Origin: a virus
Taxonomy: Duplodnaviria > Caudoviricetes
Virus record (IMG/VR): IMGVR_UViG_3300028586_000740
Span: 1-35,610 of that record
Strand: one strand, 5' to 3'
DNA: 35,610 bases
The position numbers and the translations under genes are program-made. The notes under the pieces are model-generated. The model saw nothing but the letters and a program-made list of their open reading frames with translations, was not told the DNA's origin and searched no databases. This document shows positions 1 to 9,375 of this stretch, piece by piece. Within the stretch, counting starts at the first letter, position 1. Every line of letters starts with the position of its first letter.

Positions 1-1161
1 ATGCACGTATACAGATACCGGAAATCGGACACCCTTTCTCTTAAGGGACTGCTTTACGACGAATGGTACTTCGCCTCAAAAGATGAGTTAAACGATCCTA
101 TCGATATGCAGTCACGATATGAGTTTGCCGCTCACGGATGGCACACGCTCCTATCTGGTCTGTGGTCAGATGCAACCCATATCGAAATCGCGGAAAATTA
201 TTTCAAAAAAATTAGCCCAATCTCTTACGAGCAGCTCATCGAGAATTTTGAAGAGCACACCAATCAAATAATGTACGCTGTCTTTAACAGCATCCAGCGC
301 CCTATTAAAACCACCGACATATTTGGAATACGAGAGTCACTGAACAAGCTACTTGAATTAATAAAGCTTTACTGCCCTCGATCTAGCTACTCAGTATCTT
401 TGTCTCGAACCGATACTGAGATGCTGATGTGGTCCCACTATGCTTACAACCATACCGGCTTCTGCTTAGTTTACCGCCCTATAAACGGTAAACTCCGCCA
501 ATGCCCCTCAAAAACAAAAAACAGCCTAACTGTCAGCAGAGGTCATGACAGCGTTTTCCCGTCCGAATTCAAGATCGAAGATATAATTTACGATAATCAT
601 CTACAGCCGCTCGATGCTTATAAACTGTTACCAGTCATCTATAACCAGACTAAAGATATGTCAGAAGCGCAGCGACTGGATTGGCACAGGTCAGTCGACG
701 CTCAGCTGCTTACAAAGAACCGGTGCTGGAGCTATGAAAAAGAATGTCGACTAATGCTTCCACAGCCGAATAATTGGGTATCGGGTCGCTCTAGCTTCAA
801 TAGCCTTCAACGTTTATTTTACTACGACTTCAACCAACTAGTAGGCGTTATATTCGGCGCAAGAATGCCTGAAAAAGACAAACAATCCGTCAGAAATATT
901 ATCGACCAAAAGCTCCAAGTCAAATCAAAGAACTTAGGAAATCGAGATGGAAAATGCTATATCTTCGACTTTCTTTATCAGCAGGCAGAAATTTGTTCAT
1001 CATCTCGCCAATTGAAGATCATTGATCTGGACATACATACCTTAGGGCAGTCATTCACGACTGGACACGCTAGCTATGGAGAATTTATTTCAAAATGGAA
1101 AAATTTCGAAGGTCTAACTTTCGAAAACAGCGGCTGCTCACGTGAGTCCATACCATTGTAA
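1..1161 (+). CDS. DUF2971-like protein (AT-rich cargo, candidate defence gene)
   Basis: Motifs YRYR, LNDPID, SLS, MWSHYAYNHTGFCL and KNRCWSYEKECR are typical of DUF2971; visibly AT-richer than the phage core. Confidence 0.75.
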   Translation: MHVYRYRKSDTLSLKGLLYDEWYFASKDELNDPIDMQSRYEFAAHGWHTLLSGLWSDATHIEIAENYFKKISPISYEQLIENFEEHTNQIMYAVFNSIQRPIKTTDIFGIRESLNKLLELIKLYCPRSSYSVSLSRTDTEMLMWSHYAYNHTGFCLVYRPINGKLRQCPSKTKNSLTVSRGHDSVFPSEFKIEDIIYDNHLQPLDAYKLLPVIYNQTKDMSEAQRLDWHRSVDAQLLTKNRCWSYEKECRLMLPQPNNWVSGRSSFNSLQRLFYYDFNQLVGVIFGARMPEKDKQSVRNIIDQKLQVKSKNLGNRDGKCYIFDFLYQQAEICSSSRQLKIIDLDIHTLGQSFTTGHASYGEFISKWKNFEGLTFENSGCSRESIPL

Positions 1162-1237
1162 AATGGCGATCACTTTACACAAGGCAGGTTTTTTTGGCAG
1201 CTAATAAATTAGCCAGAACAGCAGGAACTAATAGAAT

Positions 1238-1903
1238 ATGGACATGGAAAGCTTTAGTCAGTGCATGCAGTACCTGCAGAGTACTACGACATCCAAATCG
1301 AGCATTGAGCTTTTCATTCCCCTAATATCCGCCGCTACGGGCGTAATACTGGGCTTTGGGCTTAACTACCTGACATCCACACTCAAAGAAAATAAATCAA
1401 ACGCCAATAAGCTGAATTGCTGTCGTGAGGATTTGGAGCAAACTGAAGAATCTTTAAAAAAACTGGTAAGAGAGCTATACAAACTGGCGAGCGGAATTGT
1501 TGAAGGTAAAGCCCCTACCATTCATCAATTGCCTAACAAAATCGGTTCATTATGCCTGCCTGAATACTTTACGGAGGTCGCCCACAAATTCAGCAAGAAA
1601 CAAAGACTACGGATCCAGTCATTACTTCAAGGAATGGAGGCTCTCAACGACCTTTTAACTGAGGCATCCGCGCCACCTAAAGGGCCTATGTCTTACCGTC
1701 ACTCTACCGTTCTAGTAAACTCGGTACATACCGCCTTAGAGTGCTGGTCTTTTTGCCGATGTATAGAAACTGACAAAGAGCTCCCTGACGACAATATAAG
1801 CTCATACATAAAAGAAATGGGCGTAACAAATAAGCAATATGAAGATATTAATTTATTAATAGAAAACTCTAGAAAACATAATTCAATACTCAATCTTGCT
1901 TAA
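1238..1903 (+). CDS. Hypothetical protein with an N-terminal TM helix and a helical/coiled-coil region
   Basis: 221-aa ORF with AGGA upstream; hydrophobic segment FIPLISAATGVILGFGL; AT-rich. Confidence 0.7.
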   Translation: MDMESFSQCMQYLQSTTTSKSSIELFIPLISAATGVILGFGLNYLTSTLKENKSNANKLNCCREDLEQTEESLKKLVRELYKLASGIVEGKAPTIHQLPNKIGSLCLPEYFTEVAHKFSKKQRLRIQSLLQGMEALNDLLTEASAPPKGPMSYRHSTVLVNSVHTALECWSFCRCIETDKELPDDNISSYIKEMGVTNKQYEDINLLIENSRKHNSILNLA

Positions 1904-2001
1904 TCCTTAAGCTCTGCCACTACTCTAGTTCGGCCTGCATTTTCGCTGCCCGCTTCGCAATTCATCGGGTACTCAGTGGCAAGGTGCGATCGCCCAGATA
2001 G

Positions 2002-2019
2002 ACTGTCTATCAATACAGT
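2002..2019 (+). promoter_or_regulatory. LexA (SOS) box overlapping a putative -10 element
   Basis: ACTGTctatcaatACAGT fits CTGT-N8-ACAG; -10-like TAGACT at 1999-2004; GGAGG RBS at 2026-2030. Confidence 0.85.
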
Positions 2020-2037
2020 ATATTTGGAGGTTTGGTC

Positions 2038-2274
2038 ATGGATACATCGCTGGTTCAAAAACAGATCGCGGTCGCTTCGTGGCGGTCACTTCTAAACGAC
2101 CAGGAGACGCTGCCGCAGCGCCCAGGCGCACATCACAAGGTGCTGACTGGTCGTGCGCGCAAGCTATACGAGCAGGGCATTATCAAACGTGATGACCTGT
2201 GCGAGATGCTGGAACTCGCGGACGCTGCGCTGGAGTACGCTATTAAGGCCAACCTAGATTCCGAGGCCGCGTGA
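2038..2274 (+). CDS. Hypothetical protein, SOS operon gene 1 (78 aa)
   Basis: ATG 7 nt after GGAGG; helical-looking protein; stop codon abuts the next ATG (TGAATG). Confidence 0.8.
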   Translation: MDTSLVQKQIAVASWRSLLNDQETLPQRPGAHHKVLTGRARKLYEQGIIKRDDLCEMLELADAALEYAIKANLDSEAA

Positions 2275-2568
2275 ATGTTCGTCCTCGTTACACCTATGCG
2301 CACTCGCGGTGTTCCCCTGACTCCGAAAGAAAGAGACGCTTATCCACCGGTACAAGGGTACGTGATGGTAACGGCCCAGCTGAGTGCCGAACTCGGACGC
2401 GCCTCCAATATCGCTTGGATACTCAGCAGCATTCCGGATGGATACGAGCCACTGCCGAAGCTCCTGGATGCCACGCTTAGTCGTATGAGCCAAACAGGGT
2501 TTGTATTGGCTGGCATCGAATACATCGACGGATGCGCTTACGCACAGTCCTGGTGGTGTCGTCAGTAA
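2275..2568 (+). CDS. Hypothetical protein, SOS operon gene 2 (97 aa)
   Basis: Starts directly after the gene 1 stop; beta-rich-looking sequence ending GFVLAGIE...YAQSWWC. Confidence 0.75.
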   Translation: MFVLVTPMRTRGVPLTPKERDAYPPVQGYVMVTAQLSAELGRASNIAWILSSIPDGYEPLPKLLDATLSRMSQTGFVLAGIEYIDGCAYAQSWWCRQ

Positions 2569-2605
2569 CGGTTCGCTGTGAAGCCGTCCGTTCAGTCGGA
2601 TCGAG

Positions 2606-2860
2606 ATGAAGGTTATAAAGAAGCAAAATCTGCACGACATGATATTGCCGCCCGCCGTGCGAAGAATCGTTCAGCACCTCCAGGCCGCGTTGAAAGCCGC
2701 CGAAACGATCGAAAAACTACGGCTGATAGAGCAGCGAGCGGAAGGCTTTGTCCTTGGACTGGAAACGTCCTTGGGCGTCAGGGAGGACACTATTGAAGAA
2801 CTGTACATAGGGTTTGAACAGGCGGTCAACGACCGCCTTCCAAACCTGGGGACTGCATAG
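2606..2860 (+). CDS. Hypothetical protein, SOS operon gene 3
   Basis: 84-aa helical ORF convergent with the tail operon; alternative start at 2639. Confidence 0.65.
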   Translation: MKVIKKQNLHDMILPPAVRRIVQHLQAALKAAETIEKLRLIEQRAEGFVLGLETSLGVREDTIEELYIGFEQAVNDRLPNLGTA

Positions 2861-2893
2861 ATACAGCGCGTGGCGCGGTAGTAAAAAATCTTC

Positions 2894-3865
2894 CTACAAT
2901 GTGATGGGCTTGAGTTTTCCTAAGAGTAGGCCAGCGTTCGCTGCGCCGGTTGTAAACGCCGCCGCGTTGCCTGGGACAGGCGACGAACCGTGCGTATGGC
3001 CCGCTACTTGGATATTCATCTGCTGCAGCAGATCTAGCGTGTCGCACAGCACTTGGAAGATGTTGACGCCGGCGGACCCCATCCAGTTTTTGGGTGCTTG
3101 GTAGCGCTGGCTTTCCTTGGCCAGGCTTTGGCGCAGCCCTTCGATCCGCTCCTGCATGTTGCCGCCGATGGTCGCGTTGTGCTTCTGACCGACAACCAGG
3201 TTCAAATCTCGCCCGGTCGCCTGGTGCAGGTCGTCGACCGCTGCAAGACTCGCGGACCCACCTGACAGCAGCTTGAGCGCGCCCAGCGCTTCGATCTTCT
3301 TCACGCCTCCCACTGACTCGGTCGAATGGTCGTCCACCGTCCTGGTGTGGCTCTGGAAGCGCTCGGCGTTGGTCATTGCGTCGACCTCGCGCTCAATCGC
3401 CTGATCCTGGATCTTTCCATCCGTCTTGCGCAGCCAGTTGCCGTCCGCGTCGACGCGCTGTTGCACCGCATCGCTGTGCTGCCACACCTGGTCGCCCTTG
3501 GGCACCTTCGGCAGCGTCAGGCCGTGCGGCAGGATGGTCTGGATGTAGGGCTTGTTCGGCAGGCCGTAGGCGAAGCACACCACCACCTGGGTGCCTTCCT
3601 CCGGAAAGGCAAAGAACCCCATTTCATCACCACCCACCGGCATGGGCAGCGGCACGCCGGCCAGCACCGGCAATGCCGGATCGATCTCGCCATCTGGCCC
3701 CATCACCTGCAGGTCGACCGAGAAGCGCGGCCGGAAGTCATCGCACACACCGGCACTGGCCGGCGCATCCGCCACGGCCATGACCTTGGCGAAGCGCGGC
3801 AGGTGGTAACCGCCGGAAATCTCGGGAAATTGGCGCTCTACACTGCGTTTTATTGCGTCGTCCAT
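2894..3865 (-). CDS. Baseplate spike-like protein (gpV-like; last tail gene in HP1-type phages)
   Basis: OB-fold-like N-terminus (FAFPEEGTQVVVCF), beta-helix-like repeats and a C-terminal HxH motif (AGHTHG). Confidence 0.7.
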   Translation of the reverse strand: MDDAIKRSVERQFPEISGGYHLPRFAKVMAVADAPASAGVCDDFRPRFSVDLQVMGPDGEIDPALPVLAGVPLPMPVGGDEMGFFAFPEEGTQVVVCFAYGLPNKPYIQTILPHGLTLPKVPKGDQVWQHSDAVQQRVDADGNWLRKTDGKIQDQAIEREVDAMTNAERFQSHTRTVDDHSTESVGGVKKIEALGALKLLSGGSASLAAVDDLHQATGRDLNLVVGQKHNATIGGNMQERIEGLRQSLAKESQRYQAPKNWMGSAGVNIFQVLCDTLDLLQQMNIQVAGHTHGSSPVPGNAAAFTTGAANAGLLLGKLKPITL

Positions 3866-4548
3866 TTGATGGCCATTTGTGTGCCGGACAGCGTCACGTT
3901 CGTGATCCGCTCGCCCTGATTGATCGATGCGCCCGGTCGCAGGCCTGGTAAGGCTGCGATCATTGCGCTCTGGTTGCCCTGGTAGCCGTCGAACAGGTTG
4001 ACCGGCAACTGCAGCGGCGATCGAGCGCCAAAGAAGCTGTCGGCCCAGGCACCGACGAACACTTCGCCGTCCCCCTGCTGCTGCCAGACGAAGTCCTTAA
4101 TGCCGAACACCCGCGCCATGCTGTCCATCGCTTGATAGCCGGCCGCCAGGTTGTAGAAAAACGGCGTCCGGATGCGGGTGTAGGCCTGATCCGGAACACG
4201 GAAGCGCAGGCCTGTCCTGGCGCTGATGTCGGCCAGCACGGCGCGCAGATCCACATGACGCAGGTTCATCGGCAAGGGCTGGGCCAGCACCGCGGCTACT
4301 TCACGGCACAGCACAACCTGCTCGACGCCGTTGGTGGCCGTGCAGCGCTCCACGTAGCCAATGAAGTGACGCTGCAGGGCAGCTTCGTTGTAGCCGATAT
4401 CAAGCGTCACCAGCCCTTTGACGGTGGCACCGGCCTTGATCGTGAACGTGGCACGGCCCGGACTTTTGAGGTCCAGCCGGACGTCGTCCGTCACCAAGGG
4501 CACGACCACACCGCCGATCGATAGCACCTTATGCAGCTTCATGCTCAT
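3850..4548 (-). CDS. Tail/baseplate hub-like protein
   Basis: Synteny and overlapping start/stop codons in the late operon; phage-core codon usage. Confidence 0.6.
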   Translation of the reverse strand: MSMKLHKVLSIGGVVVPLVTDDVRLDLKSPGRATFTIKAGATVKGLVTLDIGYNEAALQRHFIGYVERCTATNGVEQVVLCREVAAVLAQPLPMNLRHVDLRAVLADISARTGLRFRVPDQAYTRIRTPFFYNLAAGYQAMDSMARVFGIKDFVWQQQGDGEVFVGAWADSFFGARSPLQLPVNLFDGYQGNQSAMIAALPGLRPGASINQGERITNVTLSGTQMAIKWTTQ

Positions 4549-5081
4549 GGCGTGCCGCCCAGGTAGTTGTCGACTTTCTTCAGGACCGCTTCAAAGCCGG
4601 TCAGCTCTTCGGGAGACGTACCGGATCCGCCAGATCCTGCCACACCATCACCAGATGCTGACTGAGCCGACACGGCGTTGCCGGCGCGGCGGTTCTCGAC
4701 CTTCTCAGGGTTCGACAATTTTTCACTCAGGGTGAACTGGACGATCCACTGCGCCAGAGTGTCGTCTTCACGGGCGCTGACGCCGTCCGAGAACGTGACT
4801 TGACGGATCCCGAAGGCCTTGGCCGTATCGTTCACGATCCGATAGGTGCGAAGCTGGCCACCGCCTTCGGTCGATTCAGCCAGGCGCATGATCGTGCGCA
4901 AGTTATCCAGACTCTTGTAGGGGATCGTCAGCGCGACGGTCAGCGTCTTGGGCTTGAAGCCCTTGTGGGACTTGTCGGTGCCCGAGGTCTGCCCGCCGAG
5001 GTCGTCGGCCTCGATCTTGAGGTTGGCCGTCAGCTTCATGCGGTGACCGATGATCTGTTCGCCATTGAGCAGCAGCGTCAT
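4545..5081 (-). CDS. Baseplate/tail protein
   Basis: ATGA overlaps on both sides; GFKPKTLTV and WIVQFTLSE motifs resemble HP1-type tail genes. Confidence 0.6.
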   Translation of the reverse strand: MTLLLNGEQIIGHRMKLTANLKIEADDLGGQTSGTDKSHKGFKPKTLTVALTIPYKSLDNLRTIMRLAESTEGGGQLRTYRIVNDTAKAFGIRQVTFSDGVSAREDDTLAQWIVQFTLSEKLSNPEKVENRRAGNAVSAQSASGDGVAGSGGSGTSPEELTGFEAVLKKVDNYLGGTP

Positions 5082-6010
5082 AGGCCCACCAGTTCACGGA
5101 CAAAGCTCAGGCCCTCTGAAGAGCCCACCAAAAGCACGCCGGCACACAGCGGCCATTCGTGGCCCGGTGACTCGCCTTCGAGCAGTTCGCGGCGCAGCTG
5201 GCCCGCGTCGCCAGGTCCAAGTGTGCGCGACTGGATCGAGACGTCATCGGCACTGTTGGTGAACTGGGCTTTGAGGTCGGCCAACTGCTGGTTGCGCTCT
5301 GCGGACTGCTCCTTTTTACGCGCCTGCAGATCTGCGAGGTCCGCCATGGGCGAGCTGTCAGCCGCGTAACCCTCCAGCACAGCCAATTGGCCGGCCATGG
5401 ACTGGCTGGCCAGCTTCGTGATCGGACAACGCTGCAGCGGCAACTGGCCCCACAGCGGCATCTGTCCGGCGATGGGCATTTCCCACTTTTCCAGTTCCAG
5501 GCGCGCCAAGTGTTCGGCCCGACGTTCAGCGCGCACCAGGTCAGGCATGGGCAGCACGACGTTGAAACGGCCCAGCGTGGCGGCAAGCTGATCCAGGCGC
5601 GTGGCCAGGAAGATCAACACCAGGGCGCTCTGCTGGCCCTGGGGCCGGACCGCGTCCGTCGTATCGGTCAACTTGTCGGCCAGCAGCTGCAGCAGGTTCG
5701 GCGCAGACAGAAAGCGCTGGTGACCACCGCTGCCCTGGCCAATACCATGCTGGAATGGTGTCACAACGATGCAGGACGGTACGTTTTCGAACTGACTGGC
5801 CAGCGCGCTGCGCCCTGCGCTGATCACGGACTGGGCCGCACCGGCGATCAGGCCGGGACTGGTGGTGGCGATATCAGCCAGCATCGAAACGCGCTGGCCG
5901 GTGTTCTCCATTTCTGTCTGGATCAGGTCGCGAGCCGTCGTCATCTGATCCATCCACTGCGTGGCCTGCTCAGGCCAGCGCAGTTTGATCGGTGCCCACT
6001 CATTCGCCAT
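5078..6010 (-). CDS. Phage tail-region protein of unknown function
   Basis: 310 aa, coupled to its neighbours, GC-rich core codon usage. Confidence 0.65.
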   Translation of the reverse strand: MANEWAPIKLRWPEQATQWMDQMTTARDLIQTEMENTGQRVSMLADIATTSPGLIAGAAQSVISAGRSALASQFENVPSCIVVTPFQHGIGQGSGGHQRFLSAPNLLQLLADKLTDTTDAVRPQGQQSALVLIFLATRLDQLAATLGRFNVVLPMPDLVRAERRAEHLARLELEKWEMPIAGQMPLWGQLPLQRCPITKLASQSMAGQLAVLEGYAADSSPMADLADLQARKKEQSAERNQQLADLKAQFTNSADDVSIQSRTLGPGDAGQLRRELLEGESPGHEWPLCAGVLLVGSSEGLSFVRELVGL

Positions 6011-6503
6011 TGGTCAGCACCGCCTGCATCCAACCTGGGATTTCAGGCTGGGTCGCTTCGTCCGGGTAGCCGGCCACTTTTGGCCACTCGCGGACCGACT
6101 GACGCCAGGTCAGTAGCTGCGTGAACTGCTCGGCGGTGATCGGCAAATCACCTCCTAGGTCGCGGGCATCACGATACTGGGCAACCACCGCTTCGGAAGT
6201 CTGCAGCTTTACTTCAATCCAAAGCCTGGCGAGCACGGCTGGATCAGACTGAACGATGATGTCTTCGGCATAGGCTCTGAAAGCCCCTCCACGCTCTAGA
6301 AACGAGCGGACCGCCTCGTAAAGTGGTGGGTTGTAGTCCTGCGTTACGTGGCACCGATTCCCGGCGACAGTGACCACGAACGAACCGTCGTCTTTAACCG
6401 ATACATCGTCAAAAGGCACCGCAGGAATGGCCGTATCTGGTGTGCCCGACGTTTCGACCGGGGATATGAGGTCAGCGATGTTTTCCAAAATGGAGTCGTT
6501 CAT
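6000..6503 (-). CDS. Tail fibre assembly chaperone
   Basis: Start reassigned to ATG 6503 (ATGA overlap with the fibre stop, GGAG RBS); C-terminal WRQSVREWP...P motif typical of tail assembly chaperones. Confidence 0.8.
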   Translation of the reverse strand: MNDSILENIADLISPVETSGTPDTAIPAVPFDDVSVKDDGSFVVTVAGNRCHVTQDYNPPLYEAVRSFLERGGAFRAYAEDIIVQSDPAVLARLWIEVKLQTSEAVVAQYRDARDLGGDLPITAEQFTQLLTWRQSVREWPKVAGYPDEATQPEIPGWMQAVLTNGE

Positions 6504-8842
6504 GGTGCATATCTCCAGGCAAAACCGTAAATCGTGGTTCCACCGCTGAATTGAATAACGGTTCCGCCAGGCGCCTGGCCGCTCTTGCCCAATATCCCGT
6601 TGCCGTTGAGGTAGTAGTGCATCAGTGAGTAACACCAGGTGCCGCCAGCCGGCAGTTGCAACGAAGTGCCATCCACAGCGACAGCCAGGAAATTATTGGC
6701 ATCAGGACGGTAGAAATTCTGCTGCCCCCACAGCAAGCCCTGGTCGGTGGAGTCGACCTGGAAACGCAAGCCTGCACCGTTATTCGACCAACCAAGCTTG
6801 AGAGCATTGCCGCTTTGGTTGCCGCCGCCGCCTTGCTGGACAGGCGTAAAACCGAGTCTTGGCTGCAGCAGGTAAACGCCGCCGTTTGATGCCCGACGAA
6901 AGTAAGGCAGATCAGGGTTGTCGCTGGAAAAGCCTGCTGTCGTGATCGCATCCGCCGCCACTCTGGCCCCAACCAGCGCGTTGACTTGAGTGACGGTGTA
7001 ACAGTCTGTGATGCCGTAGCCAGCCACCGACGTGGATCTGTTGGCCTTATCGTTCGGATTGAAGTTACTTTCATTCCAGACTCTGCCCAGATCCGTGCCA
7101 TCCACCGTCACTTTCAAGCCCACATCGGACCAGCCCAGATATAGCTTGTTGCCTCTCTGACCTACGCCGCCGCCTTGCTGCAGAGTCGTGTAACCGATGC
7201 GAGGCTGCAGGTAGTAAACACCGTCATCAGCCGCACGACGCATGTAAGGGAAATCAGGATTGTTACTCGCAAAGCCGACGTAGGTAATGGAATCCGCTAA
7301 GGGGCGTCTGCCTACCAGCTCATTTACTTGGCTGACGGTATACGCGTCGGCAATACCGTAGCCGCTCAATGTGCTGGCTTTATTGGCCTTGTCATTGGGA
7401 TTGAACGTGGTATCGGTCCAGATCCTGCCCCCGTCGGTGCCATCCACACTTACTTTGATCCGGTCTCCGGTCCAGCCGATATTGATTCGGTTGCCTCGTT
7501 GATCCGGACCGCCGCCCTGTTTCACAAAGCTGCTGTTCGCATCATCCTTACTGTAAGCGTCGGTGATGCCGTAGCCGGCCAGCGTGGTGGGATTGCCGCC
7601 GCTTGTGACCAGGCCTTTCACATTCACAGCGACTCGCGTGTAAGTGCCAGCAGCCACGCCGCTGTCGGCCAAGGTCAACACGACGTCGGTGTCGCCGCTG
7701 CCGTCATACGTGCCGCTACCGGTAGCGGCACCTCGAAAGCGGATTGTCCGGGCGTAGGCCAGACGCGCCGCTCGGCCAATGATGGTCGTGCCGTCAACGA
7801 TGGCTGCGATGGACTGGTAGATCAAAGCACGACCCTGACTGACCATCTTGGTGGTAGCCAGCACGTCGGAGCTACTGCTGAGCGGATCATCTGCGATCGC
7901 ATTGGGCAGGTTGCCCAAGCCGACGTCGCCCTTGGTCGTAGCACGCGCACGCAGATCCGGATAATCCCCGACACGCGCCGCGAAGTGCTTCACCAGTTCG
8001 CGGTCAATCACCTCGATCGGACGCAGGTCGACCAGGGTGCTGGTACCGGTGATGTCGGCCAGCGGCACCAGATAGTGCCTGGCCGAAGCGCTGTCGACGT
8101 AGTCGACCTTCGCTTCCTGACCGAACACGACCTTGAAGGATGCGACAACGTCACTCAGCTCGCGCTGCAGCACCACGTCCAGCCAGGCCTTGTTCGGTAC
8201 TGACGGCACGGTGACCGGCAGCGCTTCGCTCAGCTGCAGGCGCACGCCTTCGACATACGCGGTGCCTGGGCTGACCTGATACGCACTGCCCACACGCTGC
8301 AGCTGCAGGCCACTGCCGAAGAAACAGGCACGACCGAACATGTCACGGTTGCTCACGCGCTCGCGCTCGTCGATCCCCTTCATCCGGGCGGTGTAGTCGA
8401 ACTGCCAGGTGCTCGCATCGATCTTGATGTTGGTCAGCTGCTGGGCACCGTCGAACACCACCAGGAAGTTGCGGGTGACGTTGTTGCCGATCTGATCGGG
8501 CAGGATGTTCTTGCGCTTCTGCTGGACCGGCACGTAAGCGACCGACAGCAGCACCTCGTCGCTGGTCTCAAGCCCGATCCAGTTCCAGTCGAAGTCACCA
8601 ATGTCGGTACCCATCAACAGGCTGTAGACCACCTGGTTCGGGTTGACGAAGCCTTGCTGGGTGACGCTTGCGGTGTGGACGATCTGCGCCGCTGGCGGCT
8701 TGACGCCTGCGCGATTGACGGGTCCTGTGACATTGAGGCCTGGTACGTTGGCCAGGACGAACCGGGCGATGTTCAGAGGCAGGTTTGCCGCTTGCTTCTG
8801 AGCAATCAGCTTTTCGCCGGCGAGTGTGATGCTTGCAGCCAT
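6500..8842 (-). CDS. Tail fibre protein with an N-terminal tail-collar domain and internal repeats
   Basis: N-terminal tail-collar motifs (NQVVYS, IGDFDWNWIGL); three GYGI.D.Y and three QGGG...GW...VD.TD repeats. Confidence 0.9.
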   Translation of the reverse strand: MAASITLAGEKLIAQKQAANLPLNIARFVLANVPGLNVTGPVNRAGVKPPAAQIVHTASVTQQGFVNPNQVVYSLLMGTDIGDFDWNWIGLETSDEVLLSVAYVPVQQKRKNILPDQIGNNVTRNFLVVFDGAQQLTNIKIDASTWQFDYTARMKGIDERERVSNRDMFGRACFFGSGLQLQRVGSAYQVSPGTAYVEGVRLQLSEALPVTVPSVPNKAWLDVVLQRELSDVVASFKVVFGQEAKVDYVDSASARHYLVPLADITGTSTLVDLRPIEVIDRELVKHFAARVGDYPDLRARATTKGDVGLGNLPNAIADDPLSSSSDVLATTKMVSQGRALIYQSIAAIVDGTTIIGRAARLAYARTIRFRGAATGSGTYDGSGDTDVVLTLADSGVAAGTYTRVAVNVKGLVTSGGNPTTLAGYGITDAYSKDDANSSFVKQGGGPDQRGNRINIGWTGDRIKVSVDGTDGGRIWTDTTFNPNDKANKASTLSGYGIADAYTVSQVNELVGRRPLADSITYVGFASNNPDFPYMRRAADDGVYYLQPRIGYTTLQQGGGVGQRGNKLYLGWSDVGLKVTVDGTDLGRVWNESNFNPNDKANRSTSVAGYGITDCYTVTQVNALVGARVAADAITTAGFSSDNPDLPYFRRASNGGVYLLQPRLGFTPVQQGGGGNQSGNALKLGWSNNGAGLRFQVDSTDQGLLWGQQNFYRPDANNFLAVAVDGTSLQLPAGGTWCYSLMHYYLNGNGILGKSGQAPGGTVIQFSGGTTIYGFAWRYAP

Positions 8843-8850
8843 GAGGGCTC

Positions 8851-9375
8851 CTAAAGGCTGGCGACCAGCGTTTGCTGATCGTCATTAAAATCGACCAGGG
8901 CGACAGCAAGCCGCACGGGTGTGATGGTCACGAAGTCGTACCGCCTGCAGGTGCGTCCGTACTGACGGATCAGCACGCGCAACAGGTCGGGGTTCTCGGA
9001 CAGTTGGGAATCGCTCAGGGTGAGCAGCACGACGTCCCAGTCGCGCTCGGGCATGCGTTCCTGGATCTCGACGTAACCGACGCCCAGGCGCTCCAGGATG
9101 CGTTTCAAACCGGCAGTGCTGCCGGCGTCCACGGAGTTGATAAAGGCGTACTTGACCCGCAGCCGGAACAGGCTTTCCGGCTCGGCCGTAAAGCGGGTGA
9201 CGTCGCGCTGCCAGGCCCACAGTTCCAGGATGGACAGGTGGCAGGTGTCCGCGTCGAACTGCAGATAAGGCCAGCGCAGCCATTCGGTGACCTGCTCCCA
9301 CCATATCTGCGCAGTGGTGACCAGCTTGGTCAGCTCCACGCCTTCAAGCCAGAACGGCAGCTTGAGCTTGATCAT
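8851..9375 (-). CDS. Phage tail protein, P2 gpI-like
   Basis: Position between baseplate J and the fibre; LWAWQRDV...FRLRVKYA...AGS motif. Confidence 0.8.
   Translation of the reverse strand: MIKLKLPFWLEGVELTKLVTTAQIWWEQVTEWLRWPYLQFDADTCHLSILELWAWQRDVTRFTAEPESLFRLRVKYAFINSVDAGSTAGLKRILERLGVGYVEIQERMPERDWDVVLLTLSDSQLSENPDLLRVLIRQYGRTCRRYDFVTITPVRLAVALVDFNDDQQTLVASL

Noticed and set aside
6500-7600. DGR or invertible tail-fibre cassette
   Set aside because: No reverse transcriptase, invertase, adenine-specific TR/VR pair or inverted alternative fibre; the repeats are old protein-level duplications.
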